Source of the DNA: Planctomycetota bacterium
GTDB taxonomy: Bacteria; Planctomycetota; MHYJ01; WSZJ01
Assembly (NCBI GenBank): GCA_038060895.1
Contig: JBBTCT010000026.1
Location: 1 to 64,000 of the forward strand
DNA: 64,000 bases
Reading direction: 5' to 3'
Part shown: in pieces, positions 26,663-36,240 of the stretch
Layout: the number at the start of each line of letters is the position of its first letter
Numbering within the stretch: the first letter of the stretch is position 1
The notes under the pieces: model-generated
What the model saw: only the letters and a program-made list of their open reading frames with translations
Told to the model about the DNA's origin: nothing
Databases searched by the model: none
Program-made: the position numbers and the translations under genes

Positions 26663-27916
26663 CTATCTCGTACCCGGTCTCCAGGCAAAGTGCTCTACCC
26701 CCGCCAGGTCGCAGTCTTCGTCGAGACGTGCCCGCACGCCGACCGCAAATCCCGAAGTGGAGCCGAGGGCGACTTGCGCCGCCGCCCATTCCCGCGATGC
26801 GCCGGCTTCATCACCCGCCATCCGCGCTTGAAGCGCCCGTTCGCACCGGGCGCTTGCGGTGAGGACCGGGTTGCGCATGACTTCGCATAGAGCGAGCGCC
26901 TGCTGCGTGAGGGCCCGCGCGGCCTCGGGTGCGCCGGACCGGCGGGAAATCCGCGACAGTTCCAGAAGGGCCATTACTTCGTAGCGGACCAGTCCGGTTT
27001 CGCGAGCCAGGTCCTGGATTCGAAGCGCGTGTTCCCGGGCGGCTTGATAGTCGCCGGACGAAACGGCATGGGAGCACAGGTTGACGCGCGCGTTCATTTC
27101 GCCTGCGCGGGACCTTGCGGACTGGCACAGGCGCAGGCATTCCTCGAAATCGCGTTTTGCATCGCCTTCCCCCATAGCGGCCCGCGCGCCTGCCAGATTC
27201 AGGGCGCTCAAGGCCGCCGTCCGCGGGTCGCCAGTCCGCAGCGCAAGTTCGCGGGCCTCGAGCAGGAAGGGGCGCGCCTCTCCCGGCCGGCCCTGCTCGA
27301 GATGCAGCACTCCCAGGTTCAAGAGGGCGGTAGCGCGGCGAGCGGCGCGCTTCGAATCCCCCGGGGGCAGCAGACGGAGCGCTTCCTCGAGCATCGAAGT
27401 CCCTTCCGCCACGCGTCCGGTCCGAAGCGCGAGAAGCGACGCAGAAATCAAAAGCTCCGGCATTGCGGCGCCTCCGTCGGCGCGCGCCGCGCCGAGGCAC
27501 TTCTCCTGCAGTTCCGTCGCCTCCTGGATTCGCCCAAGGTTGCCCAGCGCCAGGGCTTTGCTGGCGCTGATGCGATGCCGAAGCGTCACATCTGAAAGCG
27601 GGTGCGCGAGGATCCGATCCGCCAGCGGCAGCGTGGCCTGTGCCGATTGCCGGCCGTAGACGAAGGCCTCGGCACGCACGAGGAGGTCGATCTCCGCGCG
27701 CTGAAGTTCGGGGGGAAGGTCGCCGGCCAGCCGGGCGTGGTCGGCGACTTCCGCAGCAACCGCGTCCATTTCCGGGGACGGAGTGATGAACAGCAGCAGC
27801 TCAAACGCCAGCCGGTGCAGCTTTGTCCGATCGCTGGGAAGCTGCAACTGGTACGCCGCGTCGCGCAGCAGGGCGTGGCGAAAAAGGTACACGGATTCCG
27901 CGGACGGGGCGGGCAC
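26663..27916 (-). CDS. TPR protein starting with the FRHALLRDAAY segment typical of STAND/AAA-ATPase regulators
   Basis: YLFRHALLRDAAY...LH then MalT-like TPRs (ALLNLGVLHLEQG, ALNLA, RVNL); TATAAT 6 nt before the GTG start. Confidence 0.75.
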   Translation of the reverse strand: MPAPSAESVYLFRHALLRDAAYQLQLPSDRTKLHRLAFELLLFITPSPEMDAVAAEVADHARLAGDLPPELQRAEIDLLVRAEAFVYGRQSAQATLPLADRILAHPLSDVTLRHRISASKALALGNLGRIQEATELQEKCLGAARADGGAAMPELLISASLLALRTGRVAEGTSMLEEALRLLPPGDSKRAARRATALLNLGVLHLEQGRPGEARPFLLEARELALRTGDPRTAALSALNLAGARAAMGEGDAKRDFEECLRLCQSARSRAGEMNARVNLCSHAVSSGDYQAAREHALRIQDLARETGLVRYEVMALLELSRISRRSGAPEAARALTQQALALCEVMRNPVLTASARCERALQARMAGDEAGASREWAAAQVALGSTSGFAVGVRARLDEDCDLAGVEHFAWRPGTR

Positions 27917-28007
27917 CGTCGCATTATAGGTTCGGTTGACGCCGGGTTTTCCGTGGAGCCGCGCTGCATCAGAAAAACACGGTCACCCCCGGGAAAGCGT
28001 GAGTACC

Positions 28008-30338
28008 ATGCGGCGCATCACCATGAGTCCGGCCCGTATCGCATCGGTCCTCCTCGCAACCTGCGCGCTCGCTTCCGGCGAGCCTGCCGCCGAGGAAATC
28101 CGCAACCCGTACTTCAAGAAGACCGAGTGGCGCGTCTGGCGGCTTGACCCTGCGCCGATCGAGAAGGCGAAGGCGGCGGTGCCTCCGGCGACCGAGGGTT
28201 CGACCATTCAGCCGCCGGACGTTGCGAAGCGGCTCTGGCCCGCCGAAGCGGTGCCGCCGGGGAAGCTCTTTGTTCTCGGGCCGAAGGCGTCGGATAAATT
28301 TGCGGGGACCTGGGACGACGTCTACGGAAGCTGGTCGGGCACGCACGGATGGGTGAGAGACGTCTGGAAGAGTCCCGCCGGGACGGAAGCGAAAGGGATC
28401 AAGGACGCGATCCTGGCGTTCGTGGACCTTGACCCGGGTGAGAACCACCTGAAGCTCGGGATCAACTTCTACCACCAGTCCACGACCGGCATGGCGCACA
28501 CCATCACCAACCGGGTGCTCCCGCAAAAGACGGATCAGTACGAGAAGATCTACTTCTCCTCCGGCCTCATCACCTCGCCCTGCCACCTCTCTCTCGTAGA
28601 GGAAAGCGCCGCGCAGACGGAGGTCGCGACGGACCTCTATCTCGCCTACATGCCGACGATTTTCAATTCGGTCGGCTCATCGGACAGCGAAACGATGGCG
28701 ATCACGAAACTCGTGGTCGCCGGGGCGCACCTGTCGCCGGCGATGAAACTGAAGCTGAAGCGGACGGGCCTCTACGCATCGGCCATGCTTTGGCTCTGGA
28801 AGACCGCGCTTCCCCTCGACGCGCCGTTCGACAGCGAAATGCGGCACCGGGTCGCCTACGCGTCGGTCGGCGACCGCTTCGCGTTCCCGGGCGGTTACGG
28901 TGCGGCGGGGATCGCGCGCGGCGACATGTGTCTGGATTTCCATGAATTCGACGACACGGAGCACCTGCGCCGGATGATCGAGCTGGCGAAAGGGCTGGCA
29001 ATTGCGCCGCCCGAAGCCGTGGTGAACCTGGTCGAGCAGAAGGGCGGCACGACCGTCTACGCTCTCAAGAAAACGGTCTGCGTGCTGCAGGAGCCGGGGC
29101 AGGAGGTGGAATTGCGGGTGTCGACGGAGGAGAGTTACGACCTCGACGGCAAGCCGCTGGCGCTTCGGTGGAAGCTGATCTACGGCAACAAGCGGACGAC
29201 GGTGGAGCGCGAGGGCGACACGGCGGTCTGGAAGATCCGCGTGCCGTGGGATGAAGCGCTTCCCGAGGGTCGCACCACGATCCTGCTCGTCGCGAACAAC
29301 GGGGTGCACGACGGGAATCCTGCGGCGGTGAATGTGTACCGGAAGCGTGGGGAGCTGCCGCCGAGCGGGGGCGGGTACGACGACTACAAGTACGACACGA
29401 AGTTTACGAACCGGCGGCCGATCGTGGTGGGGCTGCAGGACGAAATCGTCAAGCCGGGGCAGGCCGTCGCGATTCCGATCCGCGCGATCGACCCGGAGGG
29501 ATTCCCGGTGCGCTTTTCGAAGCGGGCCGGCGAACCCGGTGCCTTTGACGGGAACGTTTTCACCTGGAAGGTGCCGAAGAACGTCGCGCCTGGGGATCAC
29601 ATCGTGACGGTGATTGGCTCGGACGGGACGAGCGGGAACAACTACGAGGCGCGCCAGATCCGGCTGCGGGTCGGGCCGAAGGTGCACGCGAACATCGAAG
29701 CGGACAAGCTGGAAGGCAAAGCGCCGCTGGTCGTGAAGTTCTCTTCGCAGGGTTCTTACGGCGGGAACAAGCTGGAGTGGGCCTTCGCGCCGCGCGCCCC
29801 GGGGCGGCCGGTGATGCCGAAGGCGGAGGTCACGACGCCGGTGGCGGCGAAGACGTTCGACAAGCCGGGGATCTACGAGGCCTGGCTGAAGGTGATCGGC
29901 CAGGGGAAAGATGCCGAGGCCGTGACGCACCTGACGATCCGCGTGACCGCGTCCGACCCGCCAGCGGCGCGCGCCGCGGCGCTGGCGGTCGAGGGGAACG
30001 GCGTGACCATTGCCGATGGCGACATGACGCCTGCGACGTTCGATCACACGGATTTCGGCGCGGTGAAGCTCAAGGGCGCGGTTGAGCGCGAGTTTCTCGT
30101 GGTCAACGAAGGCGACGCCAAACTCGCGCTGGGACGCGGCGCGGTGACGCTGACGGGGGCCGACGCCGCCGAATTCACCATCGCGGCGCAGCCGCGGGAA
30201 AGCCTGGAGGGAACGGCAAGTTCGCGCTTTGCGATTCGGTTCGCGCCAAAGGCCGCGGGCGAACGCCAGGCAAACGTCGAAGTGAAGGCCGGGCTGAAAG
30301 TCGTGAAGTTTGCCGTGCGGGCCAGCGGCACGGATTAG
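28008..30338 (+). CDS. Large secreted protein with an unknown N-terminal domain plus Ig/PKD-like and ASH (choice-of-anchor D)-like domains
   Basis: Signal peptide; AIDPEG cadherin-like start; GKAPLVVKFS...TFDKPGIY PKD-like; GNGVTIADGD...TDFGAV...FAP ASH-like. Confidence 0.75.
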   Translation: MRRITMSPARIASVLLATCALASGEPAAEEIRNPYFKKTEWRVWRLDPAPIEKAKAAVPPATEGSTIQPPDVAKRLWPAEAVPPGKLFVLGPKASDKFAGTWDDVYGSWSGTHGWVRDVWKSPAGTEAKGIKDAILAFVDLDPGENHLKLGINFYHQSTTGMAHTITNRVLPQKTDQYEKIYFSSGLITSPCHLSLVEESAAQTEVATDLYLAYMPTIFNSVGSSDSETMAITKLVVAGAHLSPAMKLKLKRTGLYASAMLWLWKTALPLDAPFDSEMRHRVAYASVGDRFAFPGGYGAAGIARGDMCLDFHEFDDTEHLRRMIELAKGLAIAPPEAVVNLVEQKGGTTVYALKKTVCVLQEPGQEVELRVSTEESYDLDGKPLALRWKLIYGNKRTTVEREGDTAVWKIRVPWDEALPEGRTTILLVANNGVHDGNPAAVNVYRKRGELPPSGGGYDDYKYDTKFTNRRPIVVGLQDEIVKPGQAVAIPIRAIDPEGFPVRFSKRAGEPGAFDGNVFTWKVPKNVAPGDHIVTVIGSDGTSGNNYEARQIRLRVGPKVHANIEADKLEGKAPLVVKFSSQGSYGGNKLEWAFAPRAPGRPVMPKAEVTTPVAAKTFDKPGIYEAWLKVIGQGKDAEAVTHLTIRVTASDPPAARAAALAVEGNGVTIADGDMTPATFDHTDFGAVKLKGAVEREFLVVNEGDAKLALGRGAVTLTGADAAEFTIAAQPRESLEGTASSRFAIRFAPKAAGERQANVEVKAGLKVVKFAVRASGTD

Positions 30339-30341
30339 TCT

Positions 30342-31364
30342 CTAGCGCGTGTAAACGACCGCCCAGCTGCGAAAGCTGGCCAATTGGGACTCGTCCAGGC
30401 CCAGTCGTTCAAGAATGCGTCGTTGCGCTCCGGACATCAACGCAGTGTTTTTCTGCCGCAATGATTCGTAATCCGAATCGTCCACGCGCTCGGCGCCGAG
30501 AGCTTCGAGTCCGTCCAGGTACTCTTCGAGAATGGGCCCCAGCTTGATCTTCTGTTCGTCCCTGAGCTGGAGGATGTCGCCCCACTCCGATGTCCATTTT
30601 GTGCGCGTCGCATCCCGTGGCAGGTCACAACCGCTGGAATCCCTCATCTTCCGCGAACTCATGTCCTCAACCAGTTCCTCAATGTCATCAAGGATTCCGT
30701 AGTGCTCGTCGGGAAGGAACTCCACGAGTGCGTCGTCAAAGACCTCCGACATCAGTTGGCTCTCGTAAATGATCTCCAGGCCCGTCAGGTCTTTCCTTCG
30801 CGCCTCCAGGGCTTCCGAACCTCGCCGGCAAACGGCGAGCGCTTCCTCCAGCTTGGCGCTCTCTTCCGCCGTCAGCGGCGGCTTTGCGTCCTTCAGATAC
30901 ATCGCGACCAGGGCGGGCCAGCCGTCCGGACTGGCGTAGGCCTCATGAAGCGTCCAGCCCTTCTTGCGGGCCAGATCCTGTAGCAGGGACTGCGCTTCGA
31001 GCATGAGTTCCCGCGTCAACGGATCGTCGTCGTTCCGCAGCCGGCCGGCCTTGACGCCGGCGCGCAGGCGGTCCTTCAGGGAATCCCAGCCGCGCCGTGG
31101 ATCGGCGGGAGGGGCCGCCGATGGGACGAAGGCACGGGCGGCCGACAGCTCCCGGGTAAGCGAGGCAACCTGTTCCCGGGCGGCGCGAAGGTCCTCGCGA
31201 AGTTTTTCCAGGTCGGCATCCGCAGTCGCGGGGTCGCCCGGTACAGGTGAGGACGGCGGCTCGGCCGGACGCGGAACTGAATCACGACGCGATGCCATCC
31301 AACCGACGGCCAGCGCGCCCGCGACAACTCCCGCCAGGAACGAGATCGCGATGGCACGGTTCAC
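30342..31364 (-). CDS. Hypothetical membrane-anchored helical protein (paralog 3)
   Basis: SFLAGVVAG anchor, Pro-rich linker, coiled coil, LTAEE/LRDEQ/LDESQ motifs. Confidence 0.7.
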   Translation of the reverse strand: MNRAIAISFLAGVVAGALAVGWMASRRDSVPRPAEPPSSPVPGDPATADADLEKLREDLRAAREQVASLTRELSAARAFVPSAAPPADPRRGWDSLKDRLRAGVKAGRLRNDDDPLTRELMLEAQSLLQDLARKKGWTLHEAYASPDGWPALVAMYLKDAKPPLTAEESAKLEEALAVCRRGSEALEARRKDLTGLEIIYESQLMSEVFDDALVEFLPDEHYGILDDIEELVEDMSSRKMRDSSGCDLPRDATRTKWTSEWGDILQLRDEQKIKLGPILEEYLDGLEALGAERVDDSDYESLRQKNTALMSGAQRRILERLGLDESQLASFRSWAVVYTR

Positions 31365-31621
31365 GGTGACTTCAGCGTCCGCGCCGCCGTAATCAGCTTG
31401 TGCACCTGGAAGGCCTTCGCTCCCGCCGCTTTCTGAATCCAGAGCCGCCGCGCGAACTCCAGCGCATCGACGATCTTCTCGACCAGCTCGACGGGGGATG
31501 AAGCCGCATCCGCCATCGTGCCCTTGATTCGGTAGGCGGCCGCCGCTTCTCCCTCGGCGTCCAGGTCCTCCGCAACCGCCATCGATGCGGTCTTCAGTTC
31601 CTCAAGGCTGTTGATCGCCAA
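31361..31621 (-). CDS. Small hypothetical helical protein
   Basis: 86-aa ORF with typical codon usage; GTGA overlap with the downstream gene. Confidence 0.55.
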   Translation of the reverse strand: MAINSLEELKTASMAVAEDLDAEGEAAAAYRIKGTMADAASSPVELVEKIVDALEFARRLWIQKAAGAKAFQVHKLITAARTLKSP

Positions 31622-31660
31622 TGCTCGCTCCCGGGGATAATCGTCGCCGTTCCCGGCGGC

Positions 31661-32659
31661 CTACTCCTCACGCCACACGTCCGCCGTCACCCACCTCCGG
31701 ATCTTCACCCGATCCTCGTCCGAAAACTCCGGGTCAGACAGCATAGCCTTCTGGACCTGCGCCTGCATCACCGCCTGGCGGCGGCGCCAGACAATGGAAG
31801 CGCCGCCGGCCGCGTCGATCGGCTCGGGGCCGAGGTCGCGCAGCCTTGAAGTGTAGTCTTCCGCGTACCGATCCAGCCGAACGCCGGCGATTCCCGTCTC
31901 GGCCCCCCAGAGCGAATACAGCGTTTCCTTCGCGCGGTCCGCCCGTGCGTCGAACGGCCGCCCCGGCGGGACCCAGCGACGCCCGATCATGCAGACGTTG
32001 TCGGCGGGGCGCTTGCCGAGGGGCTGGGACAGAATCGTGGAGAGCTGCTGCGGCGAGAGCAGGGCCTGCAGGCGGTCGTCCTCGCGCTCGGCAAGCTCGA
32101 GCGCGGCGGCGACGCGCTGAAGCGGCGTTTCGGCGTGACGGGCTTCGAGGCGGTCCTTCCACGCCTGCTCCTCGAGTGCCATGAGCGCCTCGAACTGCTG
32201 GCGCTGCTCGTCGGACATCGGGAAGCCCATGGCCGCGAGGAAGTCGGGGACCATGCGGTCGCGCAGCGGGGCGATGAGGAGTTCCTCGTCGGTGAGCTGG
32301 TGTTCGAGGCGAAGGCGGTTGAGAAGGTGGGCGACAAGTTTCGCGGCTTTGCCCGCGGCCTCGGGCCCGCCCTTCCCTTTCATCGCCTCGGCGAGCGCCG
32401 CGGCCGCGGCGCCGGCTCGACCGCCGGGGACGGAAGCACGGGCTGCGATGGCGTCCTCGACGGCGAGTCGACCCTCGGCCTCCTTGATCCGGGCGCGGAG
32501 CCCTTCCATCACTTTCGGGTCTTCCGGTTTCGGTGCAGTCTCGACTGGAGCGGCGGATTCAGGAGCAGGCGCGCGCGCCTTCGCGGCGACGCCGACCGCG
32601 CCGGCCGCGAGTACCGCACCGGCGAGGAATCCTGCCATTCCGCGGGCCGCGGCGCTCAC
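31661..32659 (-). CDS. Hypothetical membrane-anchored helical protein (paralog 2)
   Basis: GFLAGAVLAAG anchor; MSDEQ and LLSPQQ motifs; GTG start inferred from GTGA overlap with the upstream stop. Confidence 0.7.
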   Translation of the reverse strand: MSAAARGMAGFLAGAVLAAGAVGVAAKARAPAPESAAPVETAPKPEDPKVMEGLRARIKEAEGRLAVEDAIAARASVPGGRAGAAAAALAEAMKGKGGPEAAGKAAKLVAHLLNRLRLEHQLTDEELLIAPLRDRMVPDFLAAMGFPMSDEQRQQFEALMALEEQAWKDRLEARHAETPLQRVAAALELAEREDDRLQALLSPQQLSTILSQPLGKRPADNVCMIGRRWVPPGRPFDARADRAKETLYSLWGAETGIAGVRLDRYAEDYTSRLRDLGPEPIDAAGGASIVWRRRQAVMQAQVQKAMLSDPEFSDEDRVKIRRWVTADVWREE

Positions 32660-33648
32660 TGGTCCTGCTCCTCGGGCGGGCCCATGTAGTCCATGAGGAA
32701 CTGCGGCGGAATCGCCTCGACGCGGAGCCCTGCTTCTTCGACGAGGCGCTTGCGGGTCGCGATGCGGATCTCCATGTACTTGATGAACTCGTCCACGTCC
32801 GAGACGGCGTGCAGGTCCTCCATCCGCTTGAGGCCGACCTCGCGGTGCATCGCGACGAGCGCCTTCACGTGCTCGACGAGGATCGGCCGCGAGCGGTCGT
32901 AGTCGCCAGGGTTCAGCTTCTCGCGCGCCGACTCGAGCGCAGCCTCCGGATCCTGCGGGTCGATCAGCTTCGGCTCGCACGCGGGCAGCCAGCGCCACTG
33001 GTCGAGCAGCACGCCCAGATCACCGATTTTCGCGAACTGCTCCGGCTTCAGGATCACAGCCAGCTTGTCTTCCCAGTCCTTCGTCGTCTGCAGGCCCGAA
33101 ATCAGCCGCTCTTCGTCCGGCTTTCCCGCGGTCTCCGCAAGGTGCTTCGCGTAGGCCGCTTCCGCCTCCGCGAGAAATCTAGCGAACTCCTTCTTCTGCT
33201 CCTCGTCGAGGGCCGCCCCTCGCTTTTCCAGAAGTTCCACCAGAAAGCGCTCCCGAAGCGGCCCGAACTCCAGATCCGCCTGGTTCTGTCCGCGCTCGTC
33301 CGCCAGCCACTCCAGCGCCCCGTTGATCCAGTCCTCCGCCTCCCCTTCCCCGCGCGTCATGGGCCCTTCCCCCGCCAGCGCCGCCATCAGCCACTTCGAA
33401 ACATCCCGGTCCGTCGGCGGCCGATTGGGGTCGTAGAAGACGTCTTCGGAAGCGCCTTCGCCGAGGCGAGAGCGGAGGGAGGAGAGCCGCGTTTCGAGTT
33501 CCTGCCGTTCGGGCGAAGGGGCGTCAGGCGCTGCGGCCGACGGGTCGTCGAGCGCCGAAGCGGAGGCCGGCGCGCGCCGGAGCGCAATGGCCCCTGCGAC
33601 GCCGACGAGCAGCGCTCCCGCAAGAAATCCGAGGATGATTTCGCGCAC
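32656..33648 (-). CDS. Hypothetical membrane-anchored helical protein (paralog 1)
   Basis: GFLAGALLVG anchor; LDEEQ and ILKPEQ motifs; SD GGAGG. Confidence 0.7.
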   Translation of the reverse strand: MREIILGFLAGALLVGVAGAIALRRAPASASALDDPSAAAPDAPSPERQELETRLSSLRSRLGEGASEDVFYDPNRPPTDRDVSKWLMAALAGEGPMTRGEGEAEDWINGALEWLADERGQNQADLEFGPLRERFLVELLEKRGAALDEEQKKEFARFLAEAEAAYAKHLAETAGKPDEERLISGLQTTKDWEDKLAVILKPEQFAKIGDLGVLLDQWRWLPACEPKLIDPQDPEAALESAREKLNPGDYDRSRPILVEHVKALVAMHREVGLKRMEDLHAVSDVDEFIKYMEIRIATRKRLVEEAGLRVEAIPPQFLMDYMGPPEEQDQ

Positions 33649-33741
33649 GGAATTCCTCCACGGCGATCCCCCGAACGCCGCGCCTGCATGCTACCAACGG
33701 CAGGAGGGGTTACAGGTTCGCTCTCCGTCGCGGAGTCTCGT

Positions 33742-36120
33742 TCACTTGATCGGATCCTGCACGAACCGCTCGACGCGCCACCGGACGCCGGTGCCGACGA
33801 AGATCACCGCCCCGCCTCGATACGTCCGCTCGACGGGAATCCCGAGCGCCCGGTAGTCCGCTTCGACGTCGGGCGAAGGGAACCAGTCGCGGGCGCTGAT
33901 CACCGCGTAGAGCGGGCGGACGGCCGTCGGGAGCTCGAGCGAACGCGATGAGCTGCCGCCATGGTGCGGAACCTGCAGGACGTCGGCGCGGACGGGACTC
34001 TGGAGGAAGGCCTTCACGGCCCGGCGCTCCGCGTCTCCGATGAGAAGCAGGGAGAGTCCCCTCGATTCGACGCGCAGGAGAATGGACGTGTCGTTCGCGC
34101 TCCAGCCAGGGGTGTCGGCGGGTGGACCCAGAACCGGCACTTCGAGCCCGGAGCGCGTCCGAAGCAGGTCGCCGCGCTGGACAACTTGTACCGGAACTAC
34201 GTTCTCTGCGGCCGCACGGAGGACAGAAGCGGCCCTTGGGTCGGCGCGGAACGGACGCGTGACGATGAGACGCCGGACGGAGAAGCGCTCCATAAGTGAG
34301 ACGGCCCCGCTGATGTGGTCGGCGTCGGCGTGAGTGAGAAGAAGCGTGTCGATCGTCCGCCGTCGCCGCGTCCAAAGGTACGGGGACGCGACGCGTTCGC
34401 CGGGGTCGCTTCGGGCGGAAGCTCCGCAGTCCACGACCCAGGCGTCGCCGTCCGGGAATTCCAGGACGCAGCACGCGCCCTGGCCGACGTCGAGGAAGGT
34501 TGCGCGCATCTCGTCGGGCGCGGCGCTTCCGAAGAAGACTCCGGCCCAGCCGGCAAGAACGAGAAGCGCTGCGGAGGCAATCCGGGGGCGCTTCACCAGG
34601 AGCAGGAGAGCGACCAGCAGGGCCGCGGTCCAGAGCGCCGGTGGCTCCGGCAGCCAGAAGTGGCCGTACGGCGCTTCGCCAAGCTTGAGCACGATCCACC
34701 TCCCTGCCGCCGCGGGCCACGCGAAGGCCGGCGCGACGGCGGCGACGGCGCCCGGGGAGATGCAACCGGCGATTCCCGCGACGGCTCCGAAGCCGAGGAG
34801 GAGGGAGGCGAGAGGGACGATGGCGAGGTTGGCGGCGAGGGAGACGGGGCAGGCGATGTTGAAGTGATAGAGGGTGAGCGGCGCGGTGGCGAGTCCTGCG
34901 GCGAGGGAGGCGGCGACGAGGCCGCCGGTGGCGCGCCAGGCGCGGGGCGCGCCTGGGCCGGCGCGGAGGAGGCGGGCGATCGGCTGGGAGGCGACGACGA
35001 GGGCGAGGACGGCTGCGAAAGAGAGCTGAAAGCCGGCGCCGAAGAGGTCTTCGGGATTCACGGCGAGCACGAGGATGGCGGCGGCGGCGAGGGCGTTGAC
35101 GAGGTCGCCTTTGCGCCAGAGGAGGCGAGCGCCGAGGACGGAAGCGGCCATGGCGGCGGCGCGAGTGACGGGCGGGGACCAGCCGACGAGGGCGGCGTAG
35201 GAGAGCGCGACCGTGAGCGCGGCGAGCCCGGCGCCGCGGGCACTGACGCCGCAGAGGCGGGCAAGGCCGGCGGCCATGGCGATGACGAGGACGAGGTTGA
35301 GCCCGCTCACGGCGAGCACGTGGGCCGTGCCGCTCGTGACGAAGGCCTGCTCGAGACGCGTGTCGAGCGCGGACCGGTCACCGAGAACGAGGGCGCGGTA
35401 GAGGCCGCCTTCCGGTCCGATTGCGGAGAGTCCCGCAGAAATGCGCGCCCGCGCGGCGCCGCGCAGGCTCAGCCACCAGGGACCCTTCCCCTCACGCTCA
35501 AACGCGTCCGCTTTCGGCACGCGCAGCATCGCGCCGATCCCGTTCCGGACGAGGTGCGTGGCGAAGTCGAACTCACCCGGATTCCGCGCGCCGCGCGGCG
35601 GGGAGAGCCATCCGGAAACACGGACCCGGTCGCCCTCACGAAGCGAGGGAGTCCCCTGGCCGACGACGACGCGGAGCTTTCCACGAACCCGGGTTCGGAA
35701 GCTGCCGGCGTGAAGTGACTCCGCCCCGAGCACGAGCCAGCTCCCCGGCGACGCCCCGTCCGATTCCCCCGAAGTCCCGAACGACTCGGGGGCGCGGGTG
35801 ACGACACCCTCTACCGCAACGACCGCCCCTTCCCCGGCGAACTTCGAGATGTCGAGCGGATCGGGACGCCGTTCGGCGCCCAGCCGGCCGGCGCCCGCCG
35901 CAAACGCGACGCAGACCAGGGCGGCGACGGCGGTGCGCGGGCGCCCCCATCTGTGGGCCAGGACCGTGAGAACTGCGAGGGCGAGCGCTCCGCCCGCCGC
36001 GGCCGGCAGGAGAACCGGCGAAGGGGCCGCGTCCGCCGTGAACACGCCGAGCGCAAACGCGACGGCCGGCAGCACGAGCGGGCGTACCCCAGGAGTCGAT
36101 GTCGGCAAGACCAGTGTCAT
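33742..36120 (-). CDS. comEC: DNA internalization competence protein ComEC/Rec2
   Basis: RNPGEFDF, GTAHVLAVSG, GFQLSF, metallo-beta-lactamase domain FLDVGQG, THADADH, NDTS, PHHG. Confidence 0.95.
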   Translation of the reverse strand: MTLVLPTSTPGVRPLVLPAVAFALGVFTADAAPSPVLLPAAAGGALALAVLTVLAHRWGRPRTAVAALVCVAFAAGAGRLGAERRPDPLDISKFAGEGAVVAVEGVVTRAPESFGTSGESDGASPGSWLVLGAESLHAGSFRTRVRGKLRVVVGQGTPSLREGDRVRVSGWLSPPRGARNPGEFDFATHLVRNGIGAMLRVPKADAFEREGKGPWWLSLRGAARARISAGLSAIGPEGGLYRALVLGDRSALDTRLEQAFVTSGTAHVLAVSGLNLVLVIAMAAGLARLCGVSARGAGLAALTVALSYAALVGWSPPVTRAAAMAASVLGARLLWRKGDLVNALAAAAILVLAVNPEDLFGAGFQLSFAAVLALVVASQPIARLLRAGPGAPRAWRATGGLVAASLAAGLATAPLTLYHFNIACPVSLAANLAIVPLASLLLGFGAVAGIAGCISPGAVAAVAPAFAWPAAAGRWIVLKLGEAPYGHFWLPEPPALWTAALLVALLLLVKRPRIASAALLVLAGWAGVFFGSAAPDEMRATFLDVGQGACCVLEFPDGDAWVVDCGASARSDPGERVASPYLWTRRRRTIDTLLLTHADADHISGAVSLMERFSVRRLIVTRPFRADPRAASVLRAAAENVVPVQVVQRGDLLRTRSGLEVPVLGPPADTPGWSANDTSILLRVESRGLSLLLIGDAERRAVKAFLQSPVRADVLQVPHHGGSSSRSLELPTAVRPLYAVISARDWFPSPDVEADYRALGIPVERTYRGGAVIFVGTGVRWRVERFVQDPIK

Positions 36121-36240
36121 TCCCTCCCTGTCCCGGGAATCCTACGAACCCGCGGCCTCTGAGCGCCAGCCCCTGAGCTCGCCGCTCACATTCGCGTTTG
36201 CTTCCCGCACACGCGCAGCGACTGCTATCCTCCCGTGCGT

